Of a stretch of DNA of 64,000 nucleotides, positions 25,501 through 40,508 are shown in pieces. The DNA is from Eledone cirrhosa (Eukaryota). The notes under the pieces are model-generated. The model worked only from the letters and a program-made list of their open reading frames with translations, was not told where the DNA came from and did not search any database. Position numbers and translations under genes: made by a program. Location of the stretch: contig OZ024741.1 in assembly GCA_964016885.1 (NCBI GenBank), positions 332,258,001 through 332,322,000 of the forward strand, written 5' to 3'. Each line of letters begins with the position of its first letter. The stretch's first letter is position 1.

Positions 25501-25693
25501 CGTTATTCCGGGTTGAATCGGAGGTAACCACAGTAAGTAAGGTACTCAATACATAGCAGAGTATAAAAGTTTTAATATAGATGAGATTCTACAGGACTAG
25601 AACTGTTTCATTCTTTAGAAATCATCAGGATTCCTGATGATTTCTAAAGAATGAAACAGTTCTAGTCCTGTAGAATCTCATCTATATTAAAAC
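25501..25693. mobile_element. HHR-bearing Penelope-like fragment, family A, folded back
   Basis: 62-bp perfect inverted repeat 25569-25630 / 25632-25693 within (TA)n; family recurs at 32385, 32512, 35270, 35780 and 38812. Confidence 0.8.
25628..25678 (+). ncRNA. Type I hammerhead ribozyme (family A)
   Basis: gattc CTGATGA t-ttc-taaa-gaa-t GAA acag-ttctagtc-ctgt A gaatc: all three stems can form; GUA site; stem II closing pair is a U-U mismatch. Confidence 0.7.
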
Positions 25694-25725
<32 letters not shown>

Positions 25726-25894
25726 TTATATATATGAGGCAAGTTTGACGTTGAACTAAATATCAGTGAAGTGAGGTCAAAATTAAGATATATTTCTGCT
25801 CTACTATGATAAACTGTTTTAATGTTAGTTAAATTGCCACTAACCACATTAAACCTCAAATGAAATTAAAAATCTGATGTAGCCAACAACTCCA

Positions 25895-25963
<69 letters not shown>

Positions 25964-26114
25964 GTCTTGTTTTTATTCTTTTAGTGGTTGTTATTGTTGA
26001 TTTTGTTGTTTGGTTTTATTTGTTTTATTTTTTATTGTGACTGCTTTTAGTGTTGTTATGGTTTTTTTTTCTCATTAACCAAAAATTTGAAAACAATTAG
26101 CAGGAGTGTAAATA

Positions 26115-26975
26115 TGAAAGGGAGGGGGAGGTAGAGAGAAAGATACATAAGTTGATAGTGAGTGAAAGAAAGATGAAAAGAGAGAGAGAGGGACTGCAAA
26201 TAAATAAAGAACTTTAAAAGGATTGGAGGGTGGAAGAGAGAGAGAGGGGGGGGGGGTATAAAAGAAAAGAAAAAGTGACAGAAAAGATAAAGAAAAAGAG
26301 AGAAAAAATAAGATAGAGATAGAGATGGAGAGAGGGAAATGAAGAAGAGAAAGAAAAGGAAGATATAAGAGAGAGAGAGAGGGAGTGGATTGAAAGAGAA
26401 GATAAAGAAAGTAAAGGGAAGATATATAAATAGAGAGAGAGAAGGGGAGAGAAAGAGAGATATAGAAAGAGAGGAGTGGGAGCAGAGAAAGAGAGGGGAA
26501 GATAAACAAAAAAGGGAGGGAGAAAGTGAGAACGAAAGATTGGAAAAGAAGAGAGAGTGAGTGTGTTTGAAAAGAAAAAGAGAAAGATAGAGAAGGAGGT
26601 GAGGACTGGTAAGAGAGAAGAGAAGATGTATACCTTAGATAGAGAGGCAGAGAATGACAAAGAGAGAAACAGGGAGATACAGTGAGAGGGAGAGGAAAGA
26701 ATAGAAAGGAAGAAAATATAGTGTGATAAGAAAACAGAGAGAGAGAGGGAGAGAGAGTACAGTGAAGAGAGAAAGAGAAGGAAATATGTATAAACATAGA
26801 CTGAGAGAGAGACAATGAGAAAGACAGAGAGAGGGAGAAAGAGGAAGAGAAAGAGAGAGTGAGACAGTAAGACAGAGAGAGACAGATAGCAGGAGAGAAA
26901 GAGAGAGTGAGACAGTAAAACAGAGGGACAGTTAGAGGGACAAAGAGAAAGAGAGAGAGAGAGAGAAAGTGAGTT
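26115..26975. repeat. GA-rich low-complexity (polypurine) tract
   Basis: Direct reading. Confidence 0.9.
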
Positions 26976-28264
26976 AGAAGTCATTTAAAAGCTACAAATT
27001 TGCCATCATTTAAACAACATCTTTGCTATTTAAGCGATAAAATGAGAAATAATGTTTTAAAAAACAAAACAAGACAAAAACAAAATCAAACAAAAAACAA
27101 GAAACAAATCTGTGCAAAACTGCAGCAGCATTTTATCACGACCATTAATTATTTTTCTGTTCACTAGATGAATAGTTATATAGTTTGATAATGAATTACT
27201 TGCAATATATTGCATTAGAAATAGCTTATCAGATTCTAGAAAATTCTTTCTAATTTTTGAAAATTTAGGCAACAAAAATAAATAAAATAAATATGAAAAA
27301 AAATAAAGATATATAAATAAATAATCAACAAATAGAAATAAAAATAATTAAATAAATAAATAGAAATAAATAAATAAATATCAATAAAAATATCAAATAA
27401 AATGAAATAAATATGAATAAATATATAAAATAAAATAAAATAAAACAAGAAGATGCTAGAATAAAAATAAAAGTTAAAACAAATTAATAATGATTATAAT
27501 GATTCGGAGAGGAAAATATTGTACAGCTTAGATTTCTTTTAAAATTAATGGCTTTAAAAATCTGAAATCCATTTAAGGATAAAGGAAAAATTTTGCTCCA
27601 ATTCTAGAGATAATCTATGTATTCAAATGGTGAATGTTAAAATCACATGTTTCAGACATTTGAAGGAACAGATTTGTGAGGAAAAATCTACCTTAGGATC
27701 TCTTTTCCCCTCCGAAATAAAACCTTCAATGGTTTTCATGGAAATAAACCATAACTACAAACATTGATGATAAAAAGAGAGAAAATTGAATAAAAATTAA
27801 TTTATAGAACCAAAATTAATTCTTTCATCCAATTTTTTTCTTCATATTTATTTATTATTATGAAAAAATAAAATGAAATAAAATGAAATAAAGTAACATT
27901 GAAAAAAAATGATCATTCTTTGTATCATGCCAGCTATCTAAAACTATATTTAGCATTCACCATATCCCAACCAGATAACATGGAATATATTTCATTTCAA
28001 TTAATAAGCTATACATAGATATAGAAATTTTCATGAATTTATATAACAAATAGTTTCTCTGGAAAGTTGTTTGCAAATCCCATTTATATATATGTATATA
28101 TATATATATATATATATCAATGTGTGTGTGTGTATATATATATGTGTGTGTATATATATATGTATATATATCTTGTGTTTCTGTTCTTTGTTCTCATCTA
28201 TGAACAGTTATATTTAGGAAGCCATTTTCTAGCCACCATTATGTAATAAATATTCCCTATTTCC

Positions 28265-29360
<1,096 letters not shown>

Positions 29361-29493
29361 TATGTAAATTTACCCACCCACTTATATTTGCAGGCAAACA
29401 TATACTTTTCTATATTTGTCTATTGTACCTGTATTTGTGAGAACAAATGAAAATATGTAAGAATGAATCTAAATGTGGATTTGTGAATATATA

Positions 29494-29564
<71 letters not shown>

Positions 29565-29821
29565 TTTATATATAATATATATATTTATTGAGACAGAGAA
29601 ATACTCATGAACACAAATATGCATGCATATGTGATAATAATAATAATGTATATATATGCTGATACATGCTGTTAAATATATATATATAAGTATATAGTAT
29701 ACATTTTATGTATAAATATACGTAAACATATTCACAAACCACAGGTATCTAAATACACATACAGGTATAATTATAATTAACTCTGTACACTTATATATAT
29801 CTTTCTCTCTCTCTCTCTCGC

Positions 29822-29862
<41 letters not shown>

Positions 29863-29886
29863 TCATCATCATCATCATCATATATA

Positions 29887-29944
<58 letters not shown>

Positions 29945-30146
29945 ATTAACAAATGGAAACTATATTTATAAAACCATATTTATTTCATTATACATATTTC
30001 AAGGACACCAAGTTAAATTATGGTGTGCTTTCATCAGACAAAATATAATATAGATCAGTTTTATAAATAAATATTGACATACCCTTAAAAAATGCAACCA
30101 TTACTGTTGGAAGCTCCCGGATAGTCTTTGTTATATATATATATAT

Positions 30147-30286
30147 AACAAAGGAATTGTGGTAAGGAACCAGATAGACCATAACGCACCAGAGTACTCA
30201 ATACTTAGGGTAGTAGAGTGGGAAAGAGGAAAACGTATGACGTCAAAACGGCTTGAGCTCTGCCATCGGGGTCATACTTTTTCCTA
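30147..30286. mobile_element. Penelope-like fragment, family B, two oppositely oriented pieces in (TA)n
   Basis: 30147-30232 is the reverse complement of the tail at 34505-34594; 30240-30286 is the forward HHR 3' half. Confidence 0.7.
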
Positions 30287-30479
30287 TATATATATATATA
30301 TATACCTATATATATCTACATATATGTGTATGGTTGCCTGAATAATGGTTGTAATCACTAGAGAAAGAGCCCTCAATATGTAGTCATAGTGAATACAACT
30401 TCAGGAAACTCCGCGCACCATCGAAGGTACACACCAGCTTGCCATGTATTTTATACTTGCTCGCTCTGATTGATCGTCA

Positions 30480-30712
30480 ATATCCCAAACCTCATTTGCT
30501 TGCCAAGTGGACCTTCTCAAATCAGACCAAGGTAACAATATTTCCATTGGTCTTGTCATTGTTGATACTATCTACCGATTGCACCTCCTAGCAGAACGAG
30601 CAGTGTGAAATAAATTGTCTTGCTCAAGGACAGAACACATCTCCGGGTTCGAAACTTGAACTCACAACCTCATGACTGCAAATCCAACTCTCTGATCTTC
30701 GAGCTACATACT
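30480..30712 (-). mobile_element. Decayed CORE-like SINE
   Basis: gtcttgctcaagga and gaactcac; homologous to 53180-53400. Confidence 0.55.
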
Positions 30713-30734
30713 CTATCGAGTAATATTACTTCAA

Positions 30735-31210
30735 GGACCCTTCAGAGAAATCCCCATTTCAGCCACTTGTATGCCTGATCATATTCTTTCGGTCATTATC
30801 CAAGATTCTTGACCATAAGTAAGGGTTGGCGTGAATACTGAATTGAAGATAGCGAATTTGGTTTTTACACCTTCTTCTGGTTACTGAATGCTGAAGCTGG
30901 TGCATTACTGCACCAGGTCCTGCAATTACTGCTCTTAATTCAGCCTCCTGCCTTCCATCATTCATGAACACGGCCCCAAGATACTTCAACTTCTCCACAT
31001 GCTTCAGTGGAACTCAATTCATATGTAGAGTGTACTGCACAGGTTTCCTTGAAAGAATGAGTGTCTCAGTTTTATCAGCACTGCTTTTCATTCCAGCCAT
31101 GCAGTACTCGGTATCAAACCTATCATGTACAAGTTAGAGATCACCTTCTGTCAAATTAAGTAACACCATGTCATATGCAAATTCCAGCTGACTGATTTTA
31201 CACCTGCCAG
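30735..31210 (-). mobile_element. RTE-like LINE RT fragment (second family)
   Basis: Degenerate FADD-like motif (LEFAYDMVL), EKLKYLGAVF, PTLTYG.ESW. Confidence 0.75.
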
Positions 31211-32029
31211 TAAACTTATACACAGACATGGACACGCACACGATATATCATCATTGTTATTTTGTCCTACATGTTTGCATGTCTTTGATGGGTCATCATG
31301 TTCCTAGACAAGATTTTGTTGGTTAATCACATCTTTCTCACATGGTCCATATTTTGGCATGGTTTCTATAGCCAACCTCTTTCCAGCATGTACCTGTTGT
31401 CTCTGTGACGAGAAACATGGCCAGCCAACCTAGGATAGCCCTTCTTGATGGTTTTGATTATGTCCTTCACTCCAGTCTGCTGTCAAATCCAGATGTTGCT
31501 CATCTCGTCATGTTAGGTGATGCCAAGTGCATGTCTTGCCCCATTTTACATTGGGCCACTGCCAGCTCATTCATGCAAGATATAATTACACATATTTCTA
31601 ATTTAATTCATGAGGCAGATTGGCTACTATAACGTCTCCATGCATGCATATTTCAGACACACACCAGTTAAGGAAGAACATATTGATGATTTATTTTTGT
31701 TTTGAGCTGTTTCGATTTTCCATTTGAAAAGTGGGTATTAACCCTGAAATATCATGTTGAAATATACTGAGTAAAACTTTACTTTGTTTTGTTTTATTTG
31801 TCATCTTTTGTCCTTTATATATGTCTACCACATTGTACTGGCTTTTTGAAACTTATCAGTCATTTATTACATATCTCACAATGTATTGTATTAGTTATAC
31901 TAATACACACACACACACACACATATACATATTTCTACATAACATTTTACAGCAGGGAAAAGGGACGTTGAATGATGAAGAGGAGGAAGAGGAGGATATA
32001 CAGGCATGTGTTTATATATATATAGAAAT

Positions 32030-32072
<43 letters not shown>

Positions 32073-32384
32073 CATGCGTGTGTTTATATATACATACACA
32101 CACACTCATATATATATATATACATACATAAACACACACACCTTTACATGTATATGCATGTGCATATTGGCGTAAAGTGCAGTGATTTATATATATGGAG
32201 AACCTGGCTGAAGAAAGAAATATATTGAGTGAGAAGAGCAGAGCAGAAGTGTGAATAGATTGGTAAAGGTAGTTAGATCAGACAAGCAGTGTGTTGTTTG
32301 ATGATGGTGTGTGTTGTGCGCCGAGTGTTGTGTGTGTGCATGTTGTTTCGTGATGGTGTGTGTGTTCTCTCTCTATATATATAT

Positions 32385-32613
32385 AAGGTAAGTTATTCCG
32401 GGTTGAATCGGAGGTAACCACAGTAAGTAAGGTACTTTCTAAAGAATGACACACACACACACACACACATATATGACATACAGAATGACATACACACACA
32501 CACATATATATATTAATATAGATGAGATTCTACAGGACTAGAACTGTTTCATTCTTTAGAAAGTACCTTACTTACTGTGGTTACCTCCGATTCAACCCGG
32601 AATAACTTACCTT
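32385..32613. mobile_element. Family A fragments forming a 65-bp inverted duplication
   Basis: 32385-32449 is the reverse complement of 32549-32613. Confidence 0.8.
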
Positions 32614-33161
32614 ATATATACACACGTAAATAAGACCATTATTGCTTCAGTGTACTAACCCTCAGCAAACACCCAAAACTGAACGCCACCCTACACCCAT
32701 GACTTCTGCTAAACAAACCGTACTCACCCTCCCTATTCGGAAAATCAAAAGTTATTTCTATAGATACAGAGTGGGTCACCGAGACTGCACCAATGTGTAT
32801 ATAAATATATACACATATCTAATATGTAGCCATGCCAGAAAATACGAATTTACCTGTAAATTGAATTAAAAAATAGAAAGATAAACACCTTTAATTGATT
32901 TTCGGACCTTGTCTCGGTTACTCTGAATTTATACATATAACTTAATCGTACACTGTGGCTGCTCGCTCACTCTTTAATACACGCAAACACATACATCCCA
33001 CACTTAAAATCATATATATACACATAGTAAACATTGGCATATTCACACCGACAGTCGAACACATGGTTTACACGATAGTACACACAAACATATATATATG
33101 TGTGTACGTATATATATATAATTATATATGTGTTTGTGTGTATATACAAATTACACACAAC

Positions 33162-33226
<65 letters not shown>

Positions 33227-33448
33227 TAAGCGCAGACACACCGGTTAACATGCAGCGAAGGAAACATTCTTCATATCGACTCTCGATACACAGTGAAGCA
33301 GATCGAGGATTAGATGTGGAGTTTGTAAAACATTGGCTTCGTTTTACATTTTACAGAGAGAGAGACACAAGTTACTAAGTATTTATACATATATACATAT
33401 ACACACGTACACATACACAGATATATACATCTCACGAAAAAAACTGAA

Positions 33449-33483
<35 letters not shown>

Positions 33484-33551
33484 AGCCGTTAAACTAATAC
33501 ATTTTTTCATTGTACTGTGTTGTTTGCTTTGGTGTTTCCGTTTATTTTTTT

Positions 33552-33588
<37 letters not shown>

Positions 33589-34371
33589 CAAAATCACACA
33601 GGTAACTAAAGATCGAAATATTCACATAGGCGCGCAGATTAATAACCCCTCACAAACACAATTTCAGGCAGCACATGTCCATACATTAATTGATAGAGGC
33701 ATACACATATAAACAGAAGCACATGCTCTCTCTCTCCTCACCTCTATCAATAAGCCGCTATTTCCCCTCCTCCCATTTCATCGCTCATATACACACACTA
33801 CAAAACTCAATCAGTCGCTTTCAGTTTCTCTTAACCAGCCCGTCATTTAACTTATGGTCTGGAAACTATAAACACAACACAACACATACATACTCACTCT
33901 CTCTCTCACATACATACTCACTCTCTCTCTCTCACACATACACACACATATATACGTAAGCAAATATATACACTTAACCGCGGTTTTTACCACACACGCA
34001 TACACTTAGTACATATACAAACACACTACTGCTCTTATCATACATATATATCCATACAATATATATATATATATACACACGCACACACACATATATACGC
34101 ACACATACACCAAACTGCAGCTCTTACTAATACACACGTTCAATACATACGCATACACTAATATATATATATATATACATATATATACACACATACATAC
34201 ATCGATCTGCGTCACTTATCATATATATATATATATATACACGCACATATATACACTAAGTGGCAAGACACCCCTTCCCTGCCAGAAACACCGAGATTTT
34301 TAACAGAAACTCATCGGACAGATTCTTACAAGTAAGATGAATTCTTTTATCTCAAATGTTATACTTTTTAA

Positions 34372-34399
<28 letters not shown>

Positions 34400-34403
<4 letters not shown>

Positions 34404-34594
34404 GAAAAAGTATGACCCCGACGGCAGAGCTCAAGCCGTTTCGACGGCTATTTCTGAGTCCAGAAATAGCCGTCGAAACGGCATAAGCTCTGCCGTCGGG
34501 GTCATACTTTTTCCTATTTCCCTATAGTACCCTAAGTATTGAGTACTCTGGTGCGTTATGGTCCATCTGGTTCCTTATCACAATTCCTTTGTTA
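34400..34594. mobile_element. Penelope-like family B fold-back (57-bp arms, 2 mismatches) with HHR 3' half
   Basis: Arms 34400-34456 / 34461-34517; GAA acggc-loop-gccgt C gggg stem III with GUC site. Confidence 0.75.
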
Positions 34595-34614
34595 TATATA
34601 TATATATACATATA

Positions 34615-34713
34615 CAGGGTGTCCCCCCAAAATGTATATACACTTTGATTACCTGTACAGGCAATATTTATTAGAATGGTGTTGAAGTTTATATACAATT
34701 TTGGGGACAAAAT
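34615..34713. mobile_element. ~95-bp Tc1-like MITE
   Basis: TA|cagggtgtcccc..ggggacaaaatg|TA; inverted homologue at 38279-38368. Confidence 0.7.
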
Positions 34714-34961
34714 GTATATATATTGTTCTTGTGTTTGTATCTGTCTTTGGCGTGCATCCCCCCCCTCTCTCTCTCTCTATATATATATATATGTACAGTT
34801 ACGTTTATGGGTGTATATATAGGTATATATAATGTACAGCTATGTATATGTGTGCATATATAGGTATATGAATGGGCGCATGTATGTATAGTCAGAATTG
34901 TTTTTCTGTGTGAGCACGTGTTATGTATGTATATATGTACGCATGAGTTATCACACACATG

Positions 34962-35016
<55 letters not shown>

Positions 35017-35220
35017 AACTCATATGTTCATATAAGTTTATATATTTATATAAGGTTGATGTGTATATTCATATATACACAGGGACCAAAACCGGTAAGC
35101 ACACCTGTGGGGTATGTGCTCCCATATATAAAAAGAAATATATAAACTTTACATTTCAACACGTATTGAGTACTTTATTAAATGATTGGGCTTCTTATTT
35201 GTGTATCTGGGAATATCTGA

Positions 35221-35272
<52 letters not shown>

Positions 35273-35375
35273 TTATCCCGGGTTCAATCGGAGTAACCCC
35301 AGTAAGGTACTCAATACAAAGCAGAGTATAAATATTTAATGTAAAAATCATCAGGAAGCCCTTGATTTTTCATCA

Positions 35376-35430
35376 GGGGCTTCCTGATGATTTCTCCCGA
35401 ATGAAACAGTTCTAGTCCTGTAGAAGCCTT
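35376..35430 (+). ncRNA. Type I hammerhead ribozyme (family A variant)
   Basis: ggcttc CTGATGA t-ttc-tccc-gaa-t GAA acag-ttctagtc-ctgt A gaagcc; stem I differs compensatorily from the 25628 copy. Confidence 0.75.
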
Positions 35431-35463
35431 TTCTACATTAAATATATATATATGATATATATA

Positions 35464-35499
<36 letters not shown>

Positions 35500-36227
35500 A
35501 GAGTATTGAAGTTTGCTTGAAGCATTGTGGAATAATAAGGTAAATTTCTTTAAGTCGTTTGGAAGCCTCGACAATGCAAATGGGTAAATCTCCGGGTAAC
35601 AAGATCCGGTGGTGGAGAGAGAGATGTAAGTGGGTGTACGTTGGGATGCGTGGCGTGTATAAGACGTGTAGAGGAATGAAGGAAAGAGCATAAAGGATAA
35701 AACAAAAATAACAACACGAGAGAGAGTTATATATAATATATATAATATATCATATTAGATATATATTTATAATATATCATAGGTAGGATCCCGCTGTAAA
35801 ATGTGAGGCGACCACTGTCATAAAAATAAAGTACCCAATACGTTAGTAGAGTATAGGTATATTCGTTTTATTATAAAAATGGCTTCTACAGGACTATAAC
35901 TGTTTCATTCTTAAGAATGAATCACCATGTGTATGTGTGGGGGCAAAATTTGGTTAAACCCACAACATTCAAAATTTTGTATATTACAACTTGCCCCTCG
36001 GACTGAGTGCTGTCAACTTTGGATATAATTTCTTTTACGAAATCACACACACACACAATATATATATATATATATATACTTGTTCCTATTACCCACTCGA
36101 CTACCCTAAGTATTGAGTACTTTGGTGCGTTATGGTCCATCTGGTTCCTTACCATATTTCCTTCGTTATATATATATAACACACACACACTATATATATA
36201 TATATATATATTTTTTTTTTTCATTTT

Positions 36228-36270
<43 letters not shown>

Positions 36271-36430
36271 CATATATATATATATATATATATAGTGTGT
36301 GTGTGTTGTCCTGGCACCTGATTAGAGGCCAGTATTGAAACGGCTTCTCCACTCTATAGTGGTGGCCGTAACTGGACCCCCGACACCTAAGGTCCCGCTT
36401 ACATATTAGGTGTATGAAATTTTAATTATA

Positions 36431-36465
<35 letters not shown>

Positions 36466-37133
36466 TTATCATGAATTATACTTCTATTACACTATTTTCC
36501 GTCAATGCCTGTCTATGTGCGCATACCTTCATAAACGATACGTACCCCGGCGACGCAGTCAATCACCACCACCCCTGTTCCCATCATCAACGTAGTCTCA
36601 TTAAACAATCACCACCACCACCATCATCATCATAATCAATGTAAGCTCTCTATACAATCACCACCACCACCATCACCAATACAGGTTCTCAATACAATCA
36701 TCACTATCACCCTGGGTTCTCTATCCAATCACCACCACCGTCACTACCATTTCCAGCGTAGGCTTTCTATAGAATCACCAATGTAGGTTCTCTATCAACA
36801 CCATCACCATTAACGGAGACTCTCTATACAACCACCACCACCACCATCATCAACGTAGGATCTCTATACAACCATCATCATCATCTCTCTAATACAGACA
36901 ATGGACATACAGCCAGTTATTAATACCTGTTACTGGTAAACACAAAGATGACAGTTTCAATTTCAACTAGTGGGTTTAATACAAATTTCGTTTCATAGGG
37001 AGATCAATATTATACATTATATATATATATATGTGTATATATATATATATATATATTAATATATATGTATTGGAATTTCGTATTTCTAAAAAAAATACGG
37101 TATGTTTATAGATAAACATTTAGAAAGCCGCAG

Positions 37134-37171
<38 letters not shown>

Positions 37172-37370
37172 CGAAGGAGGTGTGGTAAGGAACCAGATGG
37201 ACCATAACGCACCAAAGTACTCAATACTTAGGGTAGTAGAGAGTCGAAATGGCTTGAGCTCTGCCGTCGGGGTTAAACATTTTCCTATATATATATATAT
37301 ATAAAAGATGTATATGAAATTACATAATAGCGTATTCACATTCCCCCCAAACAAATATGCTAACAATATA

Positions 37371-37568
37371 CGAGGGTCGGCTGAAAAGTTCATAGGCTGA
37401 CCAAGTTACTCTCATAAAATGACGAAATGAGAGTTATTTTTCAACATAATCCTTGGAAAGAATCAATGCAGTTGTTAATAACAAGAGTTGAAAGTAATGC
37501 ATGCAAGATTTAACAGCTCTATTATCAATCCTTCATAGTCAGCCTATGAACTTTTCGGCGCACCCTCG
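37371..37568. mobile_element. Tc1/mariner-type MITE (copy 2)
   Basis: TA|cgagggtcggctgaaaagttcataggctgac ... gtcagcctatgaacttttcggcgcaccctcg. Confidence 0.85.
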
Positions 37569-37672
37569 TGGGTAGTCTGAAATTACTAACATATATGCCA
37601 TAACTGTTAAAATTCAACACACACACACACATATTTATTTATTCATTTTTCCTCCGTACTATCTCATTTAAA

Positions 37673-37713
37673 CCGAGCTGATGATCCGAATAAGGTGAAA
37701 CAATCGCTCTCGG
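37673..37713 (+). ncRNA. Degenerate type I hammerhead motif
   Basis: ccgag CTGATGA t-cc-gaataa-gg-t GAAAC aatcgct ctcgg; stem I 5 bp; cleavage triplet apparently mutated. Confidence 0.5.
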
Positions 37714-37741
37714 AAATGGTGAACTAACTGTTGTGGAATTA

Positions 37742-37805
<64 letters not shown>

Positions 37806-37914
37806 TAATTATGCCCGAAACGTCGTTCCCCACCAACACCCCACTCTCCAGAGCGTGAAATTCATAAACATTCGTTGTACTGCCTCTCTGTTTTGTTCCT
37901 GTTCAAATTTTTCC

Positions 37915-37968
<54 letters not shown>

Positions 37969-38209
37969 AAAAGAGTCATGACCCCAACGTTTGAGCTCCG
38001 GCCGATGGTTCCTTACCACACTTCCTTCGTTATATATATATATATATATACATGTAAAGTTATATTTAAAATTGTTGGGTTACAACTAGTAAATATTTAT
38101 AACTGATATAAAAGCACTCGACAAATATTTGGAGTATATTTACAATATTAAATAAATGAAAACTATATTTATAAAACCATATTTATTTCATTATATATAT
38201 TTCGGGGAT

Positions 38210-38252
<43 letters not shown>

Positions 38253-38278
38253 CATAAATATTTTATATAAAACCTATA

Positions 38279-38368
38279 CAGGGTGTCCCCTCAAAATATA
38301 TACACCATTCTAATAAATATTGCTTGTACAAGTAATCAAAGTGTGTATACATATTTTGGGACACTTTG
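38279..38368. mobile_element. ~90-bp Tc1-like MITE
   Basis: TA|cagggtgtccc ... gggacactttg|TA. Confidence 0.7.
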
Positions 38369-39477
38369 TAGATTCAAAACGAAAGAAAATATTCAGTCAA
38401 CCCTATCAATTTGTCACACACCACATGGGGTTCCGGAGCTCCATCTAGTGTTTTGGGGACAAGTCAACAAACAGTTGGTTAATTTTGGCATTTAGGATTT
38501 TAATTGTAGCATATAACTGTAGTATATAACTGTAGTATATATGTGGATACACCTTTATATATATGTACACACATTGTATGCGTGTGTGTGTATTTATATA
38601 TATATATATATACATGTATATGTACCTATATGTGTATATATATATATGAGTGTATAAAGGTGTGTGCATATATATGAAAATATGTGTGCATATATGTATA
38701 AATGTGTGTGCATATATATGAAAATGTGTGCATATATGTATAAATGTGTGTATATGTGTGTGCTTATATTTGTGCGTATGTTGATGCATATCTATATATA
38801 TATATATATAAGTTTTAATATAGATGAGATTCTAGTTTTATACTATGCTATGTATTGAGTACCTTACTTACTGTGGTTACCTCCGACTCAACCCGGAATA
38901 ACTTACCTATATATATAGCTGTCGAAACGGCCAGAGATCAGCCGTCGGCGTCCTGACTATTTTCCTATATATATACAGATGTATGCATATCATCAACGTT
39001 TTTACATGGATCTTTCCATGGAACTTTTTGAGGCAAGGTTTAACAGCTGGATACCCTTCCTGATATCAACCTTTTACTACATTCAAGGATACAGTGTACC
39101 TATTCTAAACTTGACACACACAGTTACATATGTTTGTGTGTGTATGTGTGTATGTATGACTGGATGGAGTTGTGTGTGTTTATGTATAGATTTGTGTATG
39201 TATGTATTATGTGTTTGTATGGAAGAATTTGTGTATGTATTGTGTGTATGTATATATATGGATTTGTATTTTGTATGTATGTATGTATGGAAGACTTATA
39301 GTCGTAAAATGACTGAGGGCCTTTAATTTATATATTTATGTATGTCTGTCTGTCTGTATGTATGTATTGCATGTCTGTATATGTATGTGAAAAAAGTCAA
39401 TGAGGAAAAAAACAACCTTGGAGGATGATATAGTTTAATTGATATATATACATCCAGTGTGTATATACCAGTGTATG

Positions 39478-39508
<31 letters not shown>

Positions 39509-39656
39509 AAACGAAAAATCAGTGATGCATCTAGACTCTAAGTTATTCCTCCAAAGTTACACACATTTAATCCTGTAAGTCATCTGTACATACATGCTGA
39601 ACATTTATGTAACTATATCCAAGAAATATATTATTAAAATACCATTTTATCTTTAA

Positions 39657-39865
39657 CCCTTTAGCATTTAAATGGCCATATCTGGCCAGAATTCTCTCAC
39701 CTCTATCTGTTGAAACCGGCTGCTCATACTGATGTTAAGGTATTGTTCTCAAAATAAATAATATCAAAATCTTGTAGATTCGATATTATGTGAGATAATT
39801 ATATGAGATAAAGCTTTACTGTGAAAATACAATAGTAAATATAGAGTAATGTAAATGCCAAAGGG
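39657..39865. mobile_element. piggyBac-like TTAA MITE (copy 2)
   Basis: TTAA|ccctttagcatt ... aatgccaaaggg|TTAA. Confidence 0.85.
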
Positions 39866-40058
39866 TTAATCACTTTTGCATGTCAATAATCAACATAAAC
39901 TAAAGGGTTTCTCTTATGCAAACCATTAAATTATCAAAAAGCAAATTTCGCAGTTAGTATGAATGTTTATGTCTGGTAATCTTGGTATATATAGCATACC
40001 AATCCTGAACTAAAAGAGTAAATATGTTCAACAGGACTGCCATCATTATTGATGGCAC

Positions 40059-40175
40059 TGAGTTCAAATCCCGCCGAGGTTAACTTTGCCTTTCATCCTT
40101 ATGGGGTCGATAAAATAAAGTACCAGTAATACACTGGGTAATTGCTGGCCTTGTGCCAAAAAGTAGAAACAATTA
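40059..40175 (+). mobile_element. 5'-truncated Meta-like SINE with 17-bp TSD
   Basis: attattgatggcactga at 40045-40061 and 40172-40188. Confidence 0.88.
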
Positions 40176-40508
40176 TTGATGGCACTGATCAACATGTATA
40201 AAATATATGCTGTAAATACTTGTATATGTATAAGTCACACCTTTTCTATGAAAACACTACATGAAAAACCAGCATGCAACTTAATTAGACTTAGAAAATT
40301 TTAATTCAAAATATATGGTATATTAATTGTAAATCCTACATGTAAAATGGAGGTGAAACTTATACATGAATATATATGGTACACAGAACTTTTTTCTTTA
40401 AAACACCTTATCTCATGGAAATCACTACTATAGAGCATCAGGTATAATTGGAGTCAGTGCCAAGGTATTTAGAGCTCTGGGCAAGTCCTCAAATGTGCAT
40501 CCTGTTCT

